64,000 bases of DNA from Podarcis tiliguerta. Taxonomy: Eukaryota. This document shows positions 52,181 through 64,000 of this stretch, piece by piece. The position numbers and the translations under genes were made by a program. Within the stretch, counting starts at the first letter, position 1; every line of letters begins with the position of its first letter. The notes under the pieces were generated by a model. It did not search any database. It saw only the letters and a list, made by a program, of their open reading frames with translations, and was not told the DNA's origin. The stretch is from assembly GCA_965153285.1 (NCBI GenBank), contig OZ229121.1; one strand, 5' to 3'.

Positions 52181-54218
52181 CCATTGGTATGCGTAAGAGG
52201 CCACCCTGGCCTTAGAGTCCTTGTGTGTGCATGTGTTTAAATATCCTCTTTCTTCCCCTCCTTTTGCTTTGTTTCTGCTTTAAGGTGACATTGCGGTTTA
52301 AAGGGAGCCCTTTGTATTTCTCGCACCTTGGGTTTTATCGAAGGCATGTCAGATTCACACCTAGGCTTTATCCGAGTGCACCGCGGAAGGTCTGAAGCGC
52401 CGAGCGGCTCCTTTGTGTTGCCTTAGAAGAGCCTTGATGCTCTCCGTAGGTCCAGCTTGGTTTTGTTTTTTGTTTTGTTTATGGAACCCAGAAGCATTCT
52501 GCTGGCTAAACCTCGCGACATTTGGTTTGGTGGTTGGAAGGGAATAAAGAAATGGTTAGGAGAAGGGAGAATAGGACAAAGACTAAGAGGGGGGCGGCGG
52601 AAGAGAACTGAAGTTCACAGAACCAAACATCCACGCCCATCAGCATGCAACCACAACATTACATATGTCTGTGTGCGTATTTTTATAAATTCAGACGGAG
52701 AGGTGTGTCTTTATGGATGAAAAGACTTTCATGCTGGCCTCTCTGAATGCTGGCCACGCACACCTAGGCTTCAGAAAGTCTGGGAGCCCCTCCGAATTAT
52801 TTAGAACCCGAGTCCCATTTGTTTCTGCCGCGGAAGGATGCGCAGCTTCCCCATTCGATCCTAACGATGTTTGCTCGCCAGCAAACCCCGTCGATTTCAA
52901 TTCGATCGGCTTTCACCTAAGCACCCTTTAGGAGTAGGTTTGCCTGTCTCAGTACCATTGATCTGAACACACGCCAGCAATTCGGTTCTAACTGGAAACG
53001 GAGTCTTTATGGGAGTGACATCCCATTTGCGCGGGATTCAATGGCAAAAAATAAATCTCCCCTCGGTGTTGAATCATTGCGGCTTGTTTGCGTACCACGG
53101 TCGCGTGGGTATCCCGCATCCAGTTGCGCGCGTTAATGTAAGCCTAGGGGAAGGGCATGTGTGTGTGTAGATGCGTCCTTACATGGGCATCTGGCTGCGG
53201 TTGCCTATCTCGGGTGAGCGCGCCCGTTCATCATCCCGAAATGTCATTACTTTAATCGTTCCTTTGAAACGCTGTCTAGATTGGCCTGGGTGGTAGACAG
53301 ATCAGAGGGCTCCTGGTTTATTACAATGGGGAGCATCCGAGCCTTGCAGGAGCTCCAGGTTTCGACCCCTTCTGCACGTCCAAAAGAGTCCATATCTACC
53401 ATAAGCACCTTCATATAACGTGGAAATACGCGCGCGCGCACATATATATCAACAATCCGGTCTAGGGAGGGTGACCCCTTTGTGAGCATCCTTTGTCTTC
53501 ATTTGCATAATTTCCCTGGCCTTCAGTGCCGCCCCGGCGCTTCCCTCCCTCCCTCTTTCTTCGCCCTCCCTCCCTTCCCGCTCCCCACCCCCCACTCTGC
53601 TCGCCTGCCTGCCCCGGACTTCCCGAGGCAGCTGCTTTACCCCCCCTTCAAACAAACGCCCCCTTGGGCGCACAAAGATTTCAGAAGAAACATCCCTGCT
53701 GCTTTTTTTTTTTTTCCTGTAGAAAATCTGGTCAAGGTGGGAGAAGCCGGGCTCCGGTAGCCTGGGGAGGCTCTCGATCGCGGCCAGGCCCCGAGGAGCG
53801 TGGGGAGGTGGAGGTAGGGGCTGGAGCGAAGTAAAGGCTCGCGCGGGGCGAGGAGGGGCGGGTGGCTCTCCGTCAGAGGCGAGCTGGAGAAAGATCCCCT
53901 TGCGCGCGTGCCCTCTTCCTGATCAAGGCAGGGCTGCTCCCATCTGTACTCGTGGGCTCGTCCTGGTGGAGATGAGTTGAGCTGGGACCCATCCCGGAGA
54001 AGCTGAGGGGACTTGCTTGGGGAGGGGGACTCGCGAGGTGGAGTGGGGGGGGGCAGTGGATTGAGGAGAAGAGTCGTGCTCCCAGGGCTGGCGGGGAGCG
54101 ACTGTCGCCGAGCCTCCAAAGAGCAAAATGCGGGCTTCCGCCTCAGTCGTCAGAAGTTAAGGTAAGCAGGCCACAAATACGCTGCTATCAGTGGTGAATG
54201 GCGGAGTTTATGTCCTGG

Positions 54219-54262
54219 TGATTTATGACCAGAGACTTAAATCTCGGTTCAAGAAGAGTTCA
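54219..54262 (+). promoter_or_regulatory. Pbx-Hox site plus DR5 RARE upstream of HOXA3 coding exon
   Basis: TGATTTATGA (54219-54228) and GGTTCA-AGAAG-AGTTCA (54246-54262), the DR5 reported as conserved between Hox4 and Hox3 genes. Confidence 0.82.
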
Positions 54263-54826
54263 CAGGCTGGAGCTTCCTTCCAGGCAGTGACGGATAGACC
54301 CTGGTGCTTCGAGTTCAGGCCACTTGCCCACCCCCTCCCCTCCACTTTCCCTTTATCTGGCAGGAAATCTTGGGGCGAAGGGAAGGTGGGTGAGAGGGGG
54401 TGCCCGCCTGGATTGAGTAGGGTGAAGGGGAAAGAGGGGAGCGCGAGAAAGAAACAGCTCGAGATTGGTCGCCGCAGCTCGCTCCACGAGCCAGTTGAGG
54501 AGGATTGAAACTTTTAGGCCAGTTCAGTCTCCCTGATTTCCAACCAGGACTGTATCGGCTCATGTCCAGGCAACCCGCCTTTTTCTGAGCTGCGGATCGA
54601 GGAGTGGAAGGGAGGAGGGTTTTTTGTTGGGGTTTTTTTATTAAAAAAACTGAGTGTGGGGTGGGCGAAGCAATAGGGAGACTTCCCTAACCCAAGCAAA
54701 AGTTTCCACCAAAGCTTCCTAGTGTTTCTAAGGAGCTAGGAAAGTCCTAATTGATGGGGATATTTTATTTGTAAGGGCCGGTCTAGTCTTCTTGCTCACC
54801 CCTTGGGACACTTTTGGATCCTGAGA

Positions 54827-54994
54827 TAGTACAATCCTGCGCACATTTCTTCCTGTTAAGGGTGTCCAACCGAATAGAGTGGGACTTACTTCCCGGTTAA
54901 ATAGACATTGGATCGCCCTATAAGGCAGCGAGAGTAAACTCCATGCAACTCCATGGAACTTACTTTGGAGTAAGCTTATGTAAGACTGGGCTGT
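54827..54994. mobile_element. Two adjacent degenerate family A copies
   Basis: CAATCCT..GTGGGACTTACTTCCCGGT and GAGTAAACTCCATG..CATGGAACTTACTTTGGAGTAAG cores. Confidence 0.45.
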
Positions 54995-57557
54995 GTATGA
55001 TCCCACGATAAGCAATCAAGTTTTTATGAAGTCTGCTGGCCAAGTCACTGGGTTGCGTGACAAACTTCTGCGCGGCCTAATTTTGCTTGTAACCTGTTCC
55101 TCCCCGCCAGTTTCCTTTTGTCTAACATCTGTGCATCATCATCAGCAATAGGCAAATGATATGAAGGGTGCATTTTACTTTGAATTGATAATACAGAATA
55201 AGACGTGATCCGGAGCCAAGTCCTTTCGTGGAAGTTTTGCTCCTGATTTCAACCGGAGTTGTTTATTAGCCCCCCTCCTTTCATTGTTTGAGAATACTTA
55301 GGTTTACCTTTGCTCGGAGTGGGCTGCTGACATTAAGGATGAGAATTGCGTTATTTCTCTCACTTCACACTCCTTCTCCTGAGCTGGTTCTCGCCTCTCT
55401 GCCAAAGCTTGCAAGAACAAAACTTAAATGCCTGGGACAGCGTGGAAATATTATGAATTTGATCAAACGGGAACTACGATCATAACAGACCCCGCCACCT
55501 AATTTGTGGTTCACAGAAGATAACAGGCCTCTGCAAAGGAAGCCCGGAAATTAGCAGAATGATTAGAAGACAAATAGCAAGTGTAGGATCTACAATCAAG
55601 GTTTTTTGTTTTTGTTTGTTAGGTATTTTAGGTTTAAGTCGATTCACTCTCAAACTGGAGGAAATCAGTTTATGGCTGGATTGTGTTCCGGGGCTACAGT
55701 TTCTAAACTGCAGCCAAAGAAAGTTAATTGCCTACATTTTTAACCGCTGGGTTAAGAAAGGACTTGATTACTGTTTAAATAATAATAAGAATCAAAAGGC
55801 AGCTGCCATCTGTAAGGGGTTTATTAAATTAGTTTGTCTCTACAATGTGCCTTGTTTTCTAAGGAAACGAGTGTGGACTGAAATGCTAACACATGTAATG
55901 AATTTGAGTGGGTGCCTAGGGTGCTGTGTAATGTTTTCTTCAAGAATATAAGCCTTGGCACAAGACCGTCTTTGGCCGAGAAGAGGGAACCGAGGGTGTT
56001 TTGTAAGAAGTTGGGGAGAGGGAAACTATGAAGGTGCGGATAGATGGGTTTTGATATCGGGGTTTGGCCGGCCTGTTAAAAAAAAAAAAGTTCTTAGATG
56101 GCAGATAAAATTCCTGGGAATGAAAGCCCAACTCCAACCTCGGTTGTACTCATGCAGGTAAACATTGTGGAGTGAACAGAAAAAGATTCGCCTGGGTTGT
56201 AGGAGTCTTCTGCGGTTTTGTGTGTCCATTCTCCTTTTCCCAGCCAAATGACCCTCATACATCAAATTACATAGCAGTTCCAAAGACAGAGCCTATTATC
56301 GTTAAGTTGGTAGGAAAGTTCAATCCGTGGTCATGGAGATGAACGCTGGTTTTTCAGGTTCCTGGTGTGTGTCTTTCCCCCAATCCATCATGTTTGAGCA
56401 GGTAGAATTTGGGTATATTACATGAAGGGGTTTGGGGGAGGGGGAAGTGAAGATACTGAATGATAATATTTTTAAAGTTCATATGTGCCTAATATACCCC
56501 CGAAATAGTTATTAGCTGTTCCCGCAGAACGCAATGGACAGAAATAATATACAGTATAGGCCCGAGGGTGCGAAGGAAACTTCCCACAAAAGCAGATCTA
56601 GCTGAAAGGCCGCCTCGGATTATTATGTTTGGTTACATGTTGAGGCTGTTTGATCCTGGAGGCCAGATTTGTGTCTCTGTCTAAAGGCGCAGCAGTTAAA
56701 GCTAATTTATGCGCAGGAAGTTGGCTGGTTATTAAACTGCGAAGTAGAAGGGTTTCCCTCGTCGCTGTGCTGTTTCATCACACGAGGGCCATTATGGGTT
56801 GCATTTGTCAAACGTTTCCTAGCAAACAGTTCATGTGTTCGAATCCCTCGAGTGCCAGAACGTTGAGTAGCCCTTCACGGGGAATGCGATACAGTTATTT
56901 ATGGGTCTTCTAGCTTTCCCTTTTCTTTTTTGCTTTTTAAAAAAATGCAATTCAAAATGATGTTAGCTTAATAATAAAAAAAAGGAGGGGGGAGCAAAAA
57001 AAATAGTCTAAAGAGGAAAGAGCTACGGATTTGCTCATTATTTTGGGGGTGGGGCGGGGAGAAAATATCACTTTCCCACGGTGACCACAAGTTTACTCTG
57101 GTCGTTCTTATCTAGAGACTCTCCCTTTAAATAACCTACGAAGTCCCTTTCCTGAGAATTGATAAATTGGTTCTTAGAGTAAGGGTGGNNNNNNNNNNNN
57201 NNNNNNNNNNNNNNNNNNNNNNNNNNNNNNNNNNNNNNNNNNNNNNNNNNNNNNNNNNNNNNNNNNNNNNNNNNNNNNNNNNNNNNNNNNNNNNNNNNNN
57301 NNNNNNNNNNNNNNNNNNNNNNNNNNNNAGAAAACTACACTCTCCCGGAGCAGTAAAGCACACAGTACCGGCTGCCTAGTAAATCCCAGCCACTATCGAA
57401 ATTCTCTTCGCCCTCCAGGCCAAGTCATGCTGCTAAATATTGCTGACCACTTTTTCTGTTATGGCTTTCATGTCACTTAGCTATTGAAAGTAAGATGGAT
57501 TTGTACTATTTCTTCACTCTCCTGTGCTTTCCCCACACCCTAGGTCTACCAGGACGG

Positions 57558-57632
57558 GCCATTGGAGGAAAAACGTCACGTGACAGAGGGGTGCCAATGT
57601 TATTCTTTAAGGGTGTCAAGACCCTGTCAGTT
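57558..57632 (+). promoter_or_regulatory. HOXA3 proximal promoter-like element
   Basis: CCATTGG, GTCACGTGAC, GCCAAT and two TGTCA (TALE) sites immediately upstream of the ATG. Confidence 0.6.
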
Positions 57633-57660
57633 TGTGAAATAAATATTGGGAAACAACGAA

Positions 57661-58162
57661 ATGCAAAAAGCGACCTACTACGACAGCTCTGCGATCTATG
57701 GCGGCTATCCTTACCAAGGAGCAAATGGTTTCGCTTACAATGCTAGTCAGCAGCAATATCCTCCTCCGCCTCCTTCTTCCTCGCTGGTGGAAACGGAGTA
57801 CCATCGACCGGCCTGCTCTTTACAGTCCCCCGGAGGAGGCGGCGGCGGCGGCGGCAGCACCACCGTGTCCCACCACAAGGCCAATGAAATCAATGAGAGT
57901 TGTATGAGGACCATCACCAGCCAGTCTCTCCAGCCCCCAGTCCTTTCAGAGCAGCCTCAGCAGCAGCCTCCAGCCCCCCAGCAAGCACCACCACCTGCAC
58001 CCCCCTCTGTGTCACCACCTCAGAATGCCACCACTAATTCCGCCCCTCCTAGCGCCACCAAGAGCTCCATCTTGAACTCGCCCACCATGTCCAAGCAAAT
58101 ATTCCCCTGGATGAAAGAGTCTCGACAAAACACCAAGCAGAAAAACAGCGGCTCCAGTTCAG
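57661..58162 (+). CDS. HOXA3: Homeobox protein Hox-A3, first coding exon (CDS part)
   Basis: [19 protein letters not shown]...[17 protein letters not shown]; donor CAG|GTATGG after 58162 (502 nt, phase 1). Possible upstream acceptor CCCTAG|GT at 57543/57544. Confidence 0.97.
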
Positions 58163-58961
58163 GTATGGCAAAAGGAGGAGGGCTAGTAGAGATTAACCGA
58201 ACGGATGTACTTACAGGCAGCCCCATCCACCAAGCCGTTAAGCAGAAGTTATTCAGATCCTTGACTTCTAGGTGTTTCATTAGGAATGGTTTAGATTCCC
58301 CACTCCCCAGCTATTTCACTTGGAAATTGGAAACACACACAATGGCTTGAGATCAGAAAAATAGCCTTATCNNNNNNNNNNNNNNNNNNNNNNNNNNNNN
58401 NNNNNNNNNNNNNNNNNNNNNNNNNNNNNNNNNNNNNNNNNNNNNNNNNNNNNNNNNNNNNNNNNNNNNNNNNNNNNNNNNNNNNNNNNNNNNNNNNNNN
58501 NNNNNNNNNNNNNNNNNNNNNNNNNNNNNNNNNNNNNNNNNTATAGCTATAGCTATATAGCTATAGCTATATATCTATTACACATACACACAGCAAAAGA
58601 TAGATATGCAAATGCATACATACATACAGCTACATTTGCACATATTTAGGTAATGGTGTGTGTGTGTGTGTGCGTGTGTGCGTGCACACACACACACATC
58701 CAAAGAGGCTGATCTCCAGAAAGAGGAGGACGCCTGAAGTTTGGTTGCTTTGCATGACCTCTGTTAAACTCTTGCAAAAGAATGTGAAGTTGCTTAGCTT
58801 CCAAGCTCTTCTCTTTGCAGACTTTGAGATGACTGTAACAGGCACCTCTGAGTCCTCAGCATTCCATAGACAACCCGCCCCCTCCTCCTTTCTGCTTCTA
58901 TTAAATCATGTCCAGATACAAAGGTCCAGGCCTATCTTCAACCAGTGGCAAGACCTGTGTG

Positions 58962-58962
<1 letters not shown>

Positions 58963-59010
<48 letters not shown>
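58963..59010. repeat. (CT)n microsatellite in HOXA3 intron
   Basis: About 24 units. Confidence 0.9.
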
Positions 59011-59015
<5 letters not shown>

Positions 59016-59565
59016 CTTTTTTGGCACAGTGCTACAGTCACAAGACAGTGACCTATCCCTGCTGAAGTGTAATGAGAATAAAATAGCTCATCATTATCTG
59101 CAGTCAAGATCAATGCTTTGTTTGATATTCATAACCTCTTTTGATTTTAGCGCACAGACTGGCAACCTTACAAGCACGGTAAACAAAGCTTAGGTTTCTT
59201 TAGCACTTTGCAGGCAGGTCCATAAATACATTATGGGTGGATTATAGTGTTTATCAACAGTGCTATTACATAAGTAAACCCAAATCGATGAGAAAAGTAT
59301 TAGCGTCAGTCTCCCCAGGCATTTGCCTCCTGTTTACCACTTACTTCCTCAATTTATCTTGTGCTGTGAAAATAGATTCTAAAATTTTTGCAAATGTTTT
59401 CTTTGATGCATTTCTAATACTGTTACAGTGGTGTATCAACACTGACAAGCCTGATTATTTGATATGTACTGTGGTTTAAACTGTATATTTATCTACATGC
59501 ATATTATATCATCTAGGACCCTGGCTCTGATCCATAAACCCCGGGCAGTCAAAGTACTAAGGGTG

Positions 59566-59865
59566 GCAGCCTAATTCTAAACATGTCAACCTGGAAGTAA
59601 ACCCTGCTCAGTTTAATAGGCCTTGCTTATTAGTAAATATGCAGAGGACTGCAGACATACCTCACTAGGTGCAACGGTTGGAAGGACAGTCCCACAGAAC
59701 TGAATGTAATGTAGGCTTGATACTAAACTTGGAAGCAAATTCCTGGAATTCTGTGGGGCTTAGGAACTCTGCTTAACAGTGTATTCCTACATCTATCTAC
59801 CTAGGAGGAATCCCACTGAGTTTAATGGGGACGTTTCCTGGGTAAGAAGGTATAGGATTAAAGCC
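59566..59865. mobile_element. Two or more degenerate family A copies, HOXA3 intron
   Basis: ACCTGGAAGTAAACCC..AGTAAATATGCAGAGGACTGCAG (59566-59655) and CAGTGTATTCCTA..CCCACTGAGTTTAATGGGG..GGTAAG..TATAGGATTAAAGCC (59777-59865). Confidence 0.5.
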
Positions 59866-60772
59866 AAAATCTCATGGAGTTTGATGTGACTTCAGAAATA
59901 TTTCACTTATTTGGATTGTGCACTCAGCGAAGGCTGAATACGTTTTGGAAAATGTCCAAGTGTCCCCACTCCCACCCCACCATGGTGGTAAAAAACCAGC
60001 ACAATGAATTGAACAATTAACCATTTTGCTGCCCTTTAATGGTACCCTAAAATCACTGCCTACAGCAGGCCCCTTTGTCCTTCCCAGTCACAGAGCTGGC
60101 CCTGTGTTCCTATCCATTCCATTCACTTGAGTGTGTCCAAGCTGGCTTTAAGCCAAGTAATTCTTCACTGGTGTGTGGAGCTGGCAGCCAGGCTGGTTTT
60201 ATATTTGGGGAAGGAAGTGGATGGAGTATGGATGTTTGTCTTTGGCTTTTTGTATTCTGATTCTCGGCGTATTGACATAGATACCTATCTTGTTATACTT
60301 AATGGAATATACCTTTTGAAGTTCTCTGGACCTCTCTGAATGTCAGCCGCATTATCCTGACCCCACCAAAGTCAATGGGACTTTTGCGGTTGATTCTAAA
60401 AGAGTCAAGTTTTCTCTTCTCTAAAGTTCCATATGAAAGAAATAATTCAACCTACCACTTCAATTGGACTTTCATTCAATTACTTGGGAGTAATCCAATT
60501 CATATAGCAAACAACTTTTGTTTTAGCGGTTTGGGAGCTGACAACATGTAACCCCAAAATCCATACCTTTATTTGCCATGGTGTTTATCTTTCCCATGAA
60601 AGCATGGTTTCTGGTCAGACGCATTTCTAGTGGTTTTCAAAGACCGCATCTCTGATCCTACAGAGATACAGGCAATTTGCATATATTGGTGCAGTAAATG
60701 ACTGTCACTTGAGCATATCTTTGGTCACAGCAGACAACCTCATGTGTGGAAGAGAGAATGCTACCACTAGGC

Positions 60773-60990
60773 CAGGGGTAGGCAACCTTCTCAATCCGGC
60801 CTGCGGACGGTTGGGGAATCAGGGTGTTTTTACATGAGTAGAAGGTGTCCTTTTATTTAAAATGCATCTCTGGGTTATTTGTGGGGCATAGGAATTCGTT
60901 CATATTTTTTTCCCGAAACATAGTCTGGCCCACCACATGGTCTGAGAGACAGTGGACAGGCCCACGGCTGAAAAAGGTTGCTGACCCCTG
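60773..60990. mobile_element. Non-autonomous hAT (Charlie-like) DNA transposon, 218 bp, in HOXA3 intron
   Basis: TIRs CAGGGGTAGGCAACCTT / AAGGTTGCTGACCCCTG (15/17 match) and a perfect 8-bp TSD CACTAGGC at 60765-60772 and 60991-60998. Confidence 0.92.
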
Positions 60991-61098
60991 CACTAGGCCC
61001 TGCAATGTACTAGCTCAGGCAAGGCTGATTGATGATTGCTGGTTGTTGTGTGTCCAGGTGCCCCCATACTCACTTTGTTCTTTGTGTGATTTGCATAG

Positions 61099-61862
61099 GT
61101 GAGAGTTGTGCTGGTGATAAAAGCCCCCCAGGGCAAGCTTCCTCTAAAAGAGCCCGAACGGCTTACACAAGTGCCCAGCTGGTAGAACTGGAAAAGGAGT
61201 TTCACTTCAATAGATACCTTTGCAGGCCAAGAAGGGTAGAGATGGCTAACTTGCTCAACCTCACAGAAAGACAGATCAAAATATGGTTCCAAAACCGCAG
61301 GATGAAATACAAAAAGGATCAGAAGGGCAAAGGCATGATGACCTCTTCAGGAGGACAGTCCCCCAGCAGAAGTCCTGTCCCTCCGGCTGCTGGAGGATAC
61401 CTGAACTCTATGCATTCCCTAGTAAACAGTGTTCCATATGAACCCCAGTCACCGCCATCCTTCAGCAAGCCTCATCAGAACGCCTATGGCATCCCTACGT
61501 CATATCCGGCTCCTCTCAATAACTGCCCGCCTCCACAAAAGAGATATACCGGAACTGCAGCAGTGACTCCTGAATATGACCCTCATCCTCTTCAAGGGAA
61601 TGGCTATGGCAATCCACATATACAGGGAAGCCCCGTCTATGTTGGGGGCAATTATGTGGACACCATGGCAAATTCTGGGCCTTCCATCTTTGGTCTGACT
61701 CACCTCCCTCATCCTTCCTCTGCCAACATGGACTACAGTGGGTCAATGGGCAACAATCATCACCATGGACCGTGTGACCCACACCCAACATATACAGACC
61801 TTACTTCTCACCATCCTTCTCAGGGAAGAATTCAGGAAGCGCCCAAACTGACCCATCTGTAA
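61099..61862 (+). CDS. HOXA3: Homeobox protein Hox-A3, second coding exon (homeodomain and C-terminal domain)
   Basis: Acceptor TTTGCATAG|GT. Translates [59 protein letters not shown]...[12 protein letters not shown]. Spliced product is 421 aa. Confidence 0.97.
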
Positions 61863-62180
61863 TATACCATCAGTTACTTAGTGGATCATAAAAGTCCCCC
61901 AGCCTTTTTTAAAAAAAAGAAAAAGGGAAAAAGAAGGAAAAGAAAAGAAAAATACTTTAAATTCCTCCCCCTGCCCTTTCTGTTTTGCTTCTGTTTTCTT
62001 TTCTTTTGGTAAAAAAAAAAAAAAAGCATTTTCTAGTTTATGTGACGTAGCAATATCTGTTGCTTGAATTGCTCCCTAGTTTCAATAGTGGATATTTATC
62101 TCCTTGAACTCTTTGCCTTGTGTTCTCCCTTTGAGAGTATACATAGGCTTTCTACTCTTAACTTCAACACTTTTATCAAA

Positions 62181-62188
62181 ACAGGGTA
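62181..62188 (+). promoter_or_regulatory. miR-10 8mer target site in HOXA3 3'UTR
   Basis: ACAGGGTA, complementary to the miR-10 5' end UACCCUGU. Confidence 0.7.
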
Positions 62189-64000
62189 TATGAACAAATT
62201 TTCTATACAGATGGTTCTTAAATGTGAATTTGTTCGTACAGAATCGATCCCAACCGGGGAAGCATTTTTATTTTAATTGCACTTCTTTTAAATAGCGAGA
62301 AAGAAATAAAAAGGCGCTTGAACAGGGGCTCCCTGAGCGAACTTATTAATACGTGTACGTCTTTCAACGTGTGTATGCTGGTGAACTTTCAGATTTATTT
62401 ATATTTTTTTGCAAACTTTGAATAATCTAAGTGTTTAAATTTTTTTATTTATCCCCATCTGTTCATATTTATATATATAAATATATTAAAAAAAATAAAC
62501 TTCTGTACCCTGAATATTCAGGAGATATTTACCTGGCTGTATGTTAAACGACATACATAGGAAATATCATTTGGAAGGGGGGAACTTAAACTCCTTTATT
62601 TAAAAAGAAGAAGGAAAAAAAATGCAATAAAATCTGGAAAATAAACAGCAGGCCACCACAGGAACAGAAGCGGGTGCCTGTTAACATCGAACTAAAGGGA
62701 AATGTGTAAACCTGAACGAGAACAACACAAAGATAGATTTTGTTTTGAAAGTTATACATTCCTTGCTGCTCACATTCTGGAAAAAAAAATAAAGTTTTTA
62801 TTCTGAATAATACAGACTTAAGATATGATCATTTGATTTTAGAAAGGGGGAAAAAAGCGAGAGAGAAAGAGAACAAGGATTGACGCCCTGGGAGCTTTTA
62901 AATACATAAATCTCCAATATCAAACCTTCAGGTCTTCTCTGTTTCTCTGAGCTTTCAAAGCTTAGAAGGCTTACACATTTTTGTCTTCCCGCTCCTCAAA
63001 AAACAACAACAGTGGGGAGAACGGGAGCATTGAAAATATCCAAGATGGAAAAAGATCCGCCCTTTCCGACCATAGCTCGAGGACGGCAGTTCTCCAGACG
63101 TTTTTCATAAACGCAGCCCATAGGTAGCTGTGGCAGCTTGCTCGTTTTTTGTTGCATTCATTGTGGTCGAAGGGAAGCGGAGGAAGGGGTGGAGGTGGGG
63201 AAGAGAAACTGTGTCCCTCATGTCTGGAGCGATATGCTGTAAATCAAGCTCAGGTGGCTGCGTCGCCTCTGCAGAAAGGAATCTTCTCCTGAGGCCGCAG
63301 GATGAGCCGGGTCCCGCTTGCAGGCTGTTCTCCCTCTCGCCATATTGGGTCCACTCTCTGCTGGAGGAAGCCAGCCGTTCCTAATGGGAGAAAAGGCTCT
63401 CCTCGCCTCCGCACTGGGGACCTTTGAGCCGATCGGCTGCTCGCTACTCCCACACTTATAAGCTCCTCTCGGGAACCAAAACGGACAATTCAGCGACTGT
63501 TTATGCTGAGTGATGGGGGAAATATTTTTTTTTTAAAGGAAAAGGAAGGGGTGGGGATTTGGAGGGAAGAAAGAGAGGCGAAATTAAATAAACTTAAGGC
63601 TAAAAAAAGAAGACTCATGTAGTTAGACTCATGTTTGATATGGCACGAATTCAAAAGCGCATTTGTTTACAGGCAAAATACAATTCATCACCCTAATAAT
63701 GAAGGGACAGATTCAGCAATAATAAATCAGGCCTGTTTGCCAAGCGATCTGGCCCATCCCCGGGGTTGAAAGAGAGAGTTTGTTCCTTATGGTCTTCTCC
63801 ACAAACTGATCTGGTCATCTGCGGTCTTAGAAATTGAAGGGCTTTAATAATCTTTGCACGACTTGTTAATCGAGCGTCCTTTCCCATCTTGCGCCCCCAC
63901 CCACGTCTTTTCTAGATTGGGTGGGCGAGGTGAGGCAATCGAATGTAAATCTTCTATTGGGGGAGGGGAAATAAAATAAATGAAATCCTTTCTTTCCGAA

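Noticed and set aside
57646-57660. MGNNE extension of HOXA3
   Set aside because: It starts at TTG, an artefact of the ORF caller's alternative start codons. The conserved start is MQKATYY at 57661.

Overview
A 64-kb slice of a vertebrate HoxA cluster on the + strand, carrying complete two-exon coding sequences for HOXA7 (231 aa), HOXA6 (235 aa), HOXA5 (314 aa), HOXA4 (347 aa) and HOXA3 (421 aa). Each gene has a phase-1 GT-AG intron between the YPWM hexapeptide exon and the homeobox exon. The repeat content (short palindromic MITE-like elements and one hAT/Charlie-type element) suggests a squamate reptile, possibly a lacertid lizard; this is inference. Recognisable cis-elements include three canonical DR5 retinoic-acid response elements, a Hoxa3 r5/r6-type Kreisler/Hox-Pbx enhancer, candidate CTCF sites, intronic HB1-like elements, clustered miR-196 sites (HOXA7 3'UTR) and a miR-10 site (HOXA3 3'UTR). 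Five N gaps are present. The most interesting observations are: (1) possible translational control in the leaders, namely chained stop-start uORFs in front of HOXA7, a uORF before HOXA6, an overlapping uORF on HOXA3, a CAA-rich HOXA5 leader and a shared ACAAATCA motif; (2) about 15 copies of a ~90-bp palindromic MITE-like family, including tandem and nested copies and copies in Hox introns; (3) a young hAT insertion with a perfect 8-bp TSD next to the HOXA3 homeobox acceptor; (4) HOXB6-like residues in the HOXA6 homeodomain region. All comparisons with other species are from memory and need checking by alignment.
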